DNA of 64,000 bases from a virus (lineage: Duplodnaviria; Caudoviricetes). Location: positions 32,001 through 96,000 of IMG/VR virus record IMGVR_UViG_3300035208_001463; one strand, 5' to 3'. A model generated the notes under the pieces. The model saw nothing but the letters and a program-made list of their open reading frames with translations, was not told the DNA's origin and searched no databases. The position numbers and the translations under genes are program-made. Positions 63,894-64,000 of the stretch are shown piece by piece; position 1 is the stretch's first letter; each line of letters starts with the position of its first letter.

Positions 63894-64000
63894 GCGATAT
63901 AGTTCTTACCACGTTCATTAAGCACCGTATAATTTAACTGATAGATCGAACCTGCAACCGGAGATGTAACGTTTGTCATATATACCGTTGTATTCAAATC
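63866..64000 (-). CDS. 3' end of a sequon-rich ORF running off the window
   Basis: DLNTTVYMTNVTSP...LNYTV...ENYTRSV*. Confidence 0.5.
   Translation of the reverse strand, partial: DLNTTVYMTNVTSPVAGSIYQLNYTVLNERGKNYIAWENYTRSV

Overview
This AT-rich, gene-dense window looks like part of a large archaeal virus genome; a methanogen host is my inference. Archaeal signals are TATA/BRE promoters, GGTGA/GGAG ribosome-binding sites, an archaeal-type PolB and Pth2. It encodes a two-helix hydrophobic protein resembling the fusellovirus (spindle-shaped virus) major capsid protein and a candidate P-loop packaging ATPase. It also carries an intein-containing PolB, tRNA-Leu(CAA), IbrA/IbrB, a tyrosine recombinase with an adjacent lox/dif-like site, a solo TnpB IS element, seven HNH-type endonucleases, a GT-C glycosyltransferase, an MT-A70 methyltransferase and many small ORFs. 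The main find is the operon at 49277-50593: a Zn-ribbon gene, a stand-alone Cas7/RAMP-like gene and a DUF559/Vsr-like nuclease, followed by a non-coding array of three ~100-nt units. Each unit is a run of G(G/T/A)Y-NN pentamers closed by a hairpin. When only the NN dinucleotides of unit 2 are read, with one target base skipped between them, they spell codon positions 1-2 of a variant of the neighbouring viral gene (50857-50903), and the skipped bases fall on wobble positions. This suggests a non-CRISPR, gapped-code RNA-guided system aimed at a related competing virus. All family calls are by motif recognition only; no database searches were run.
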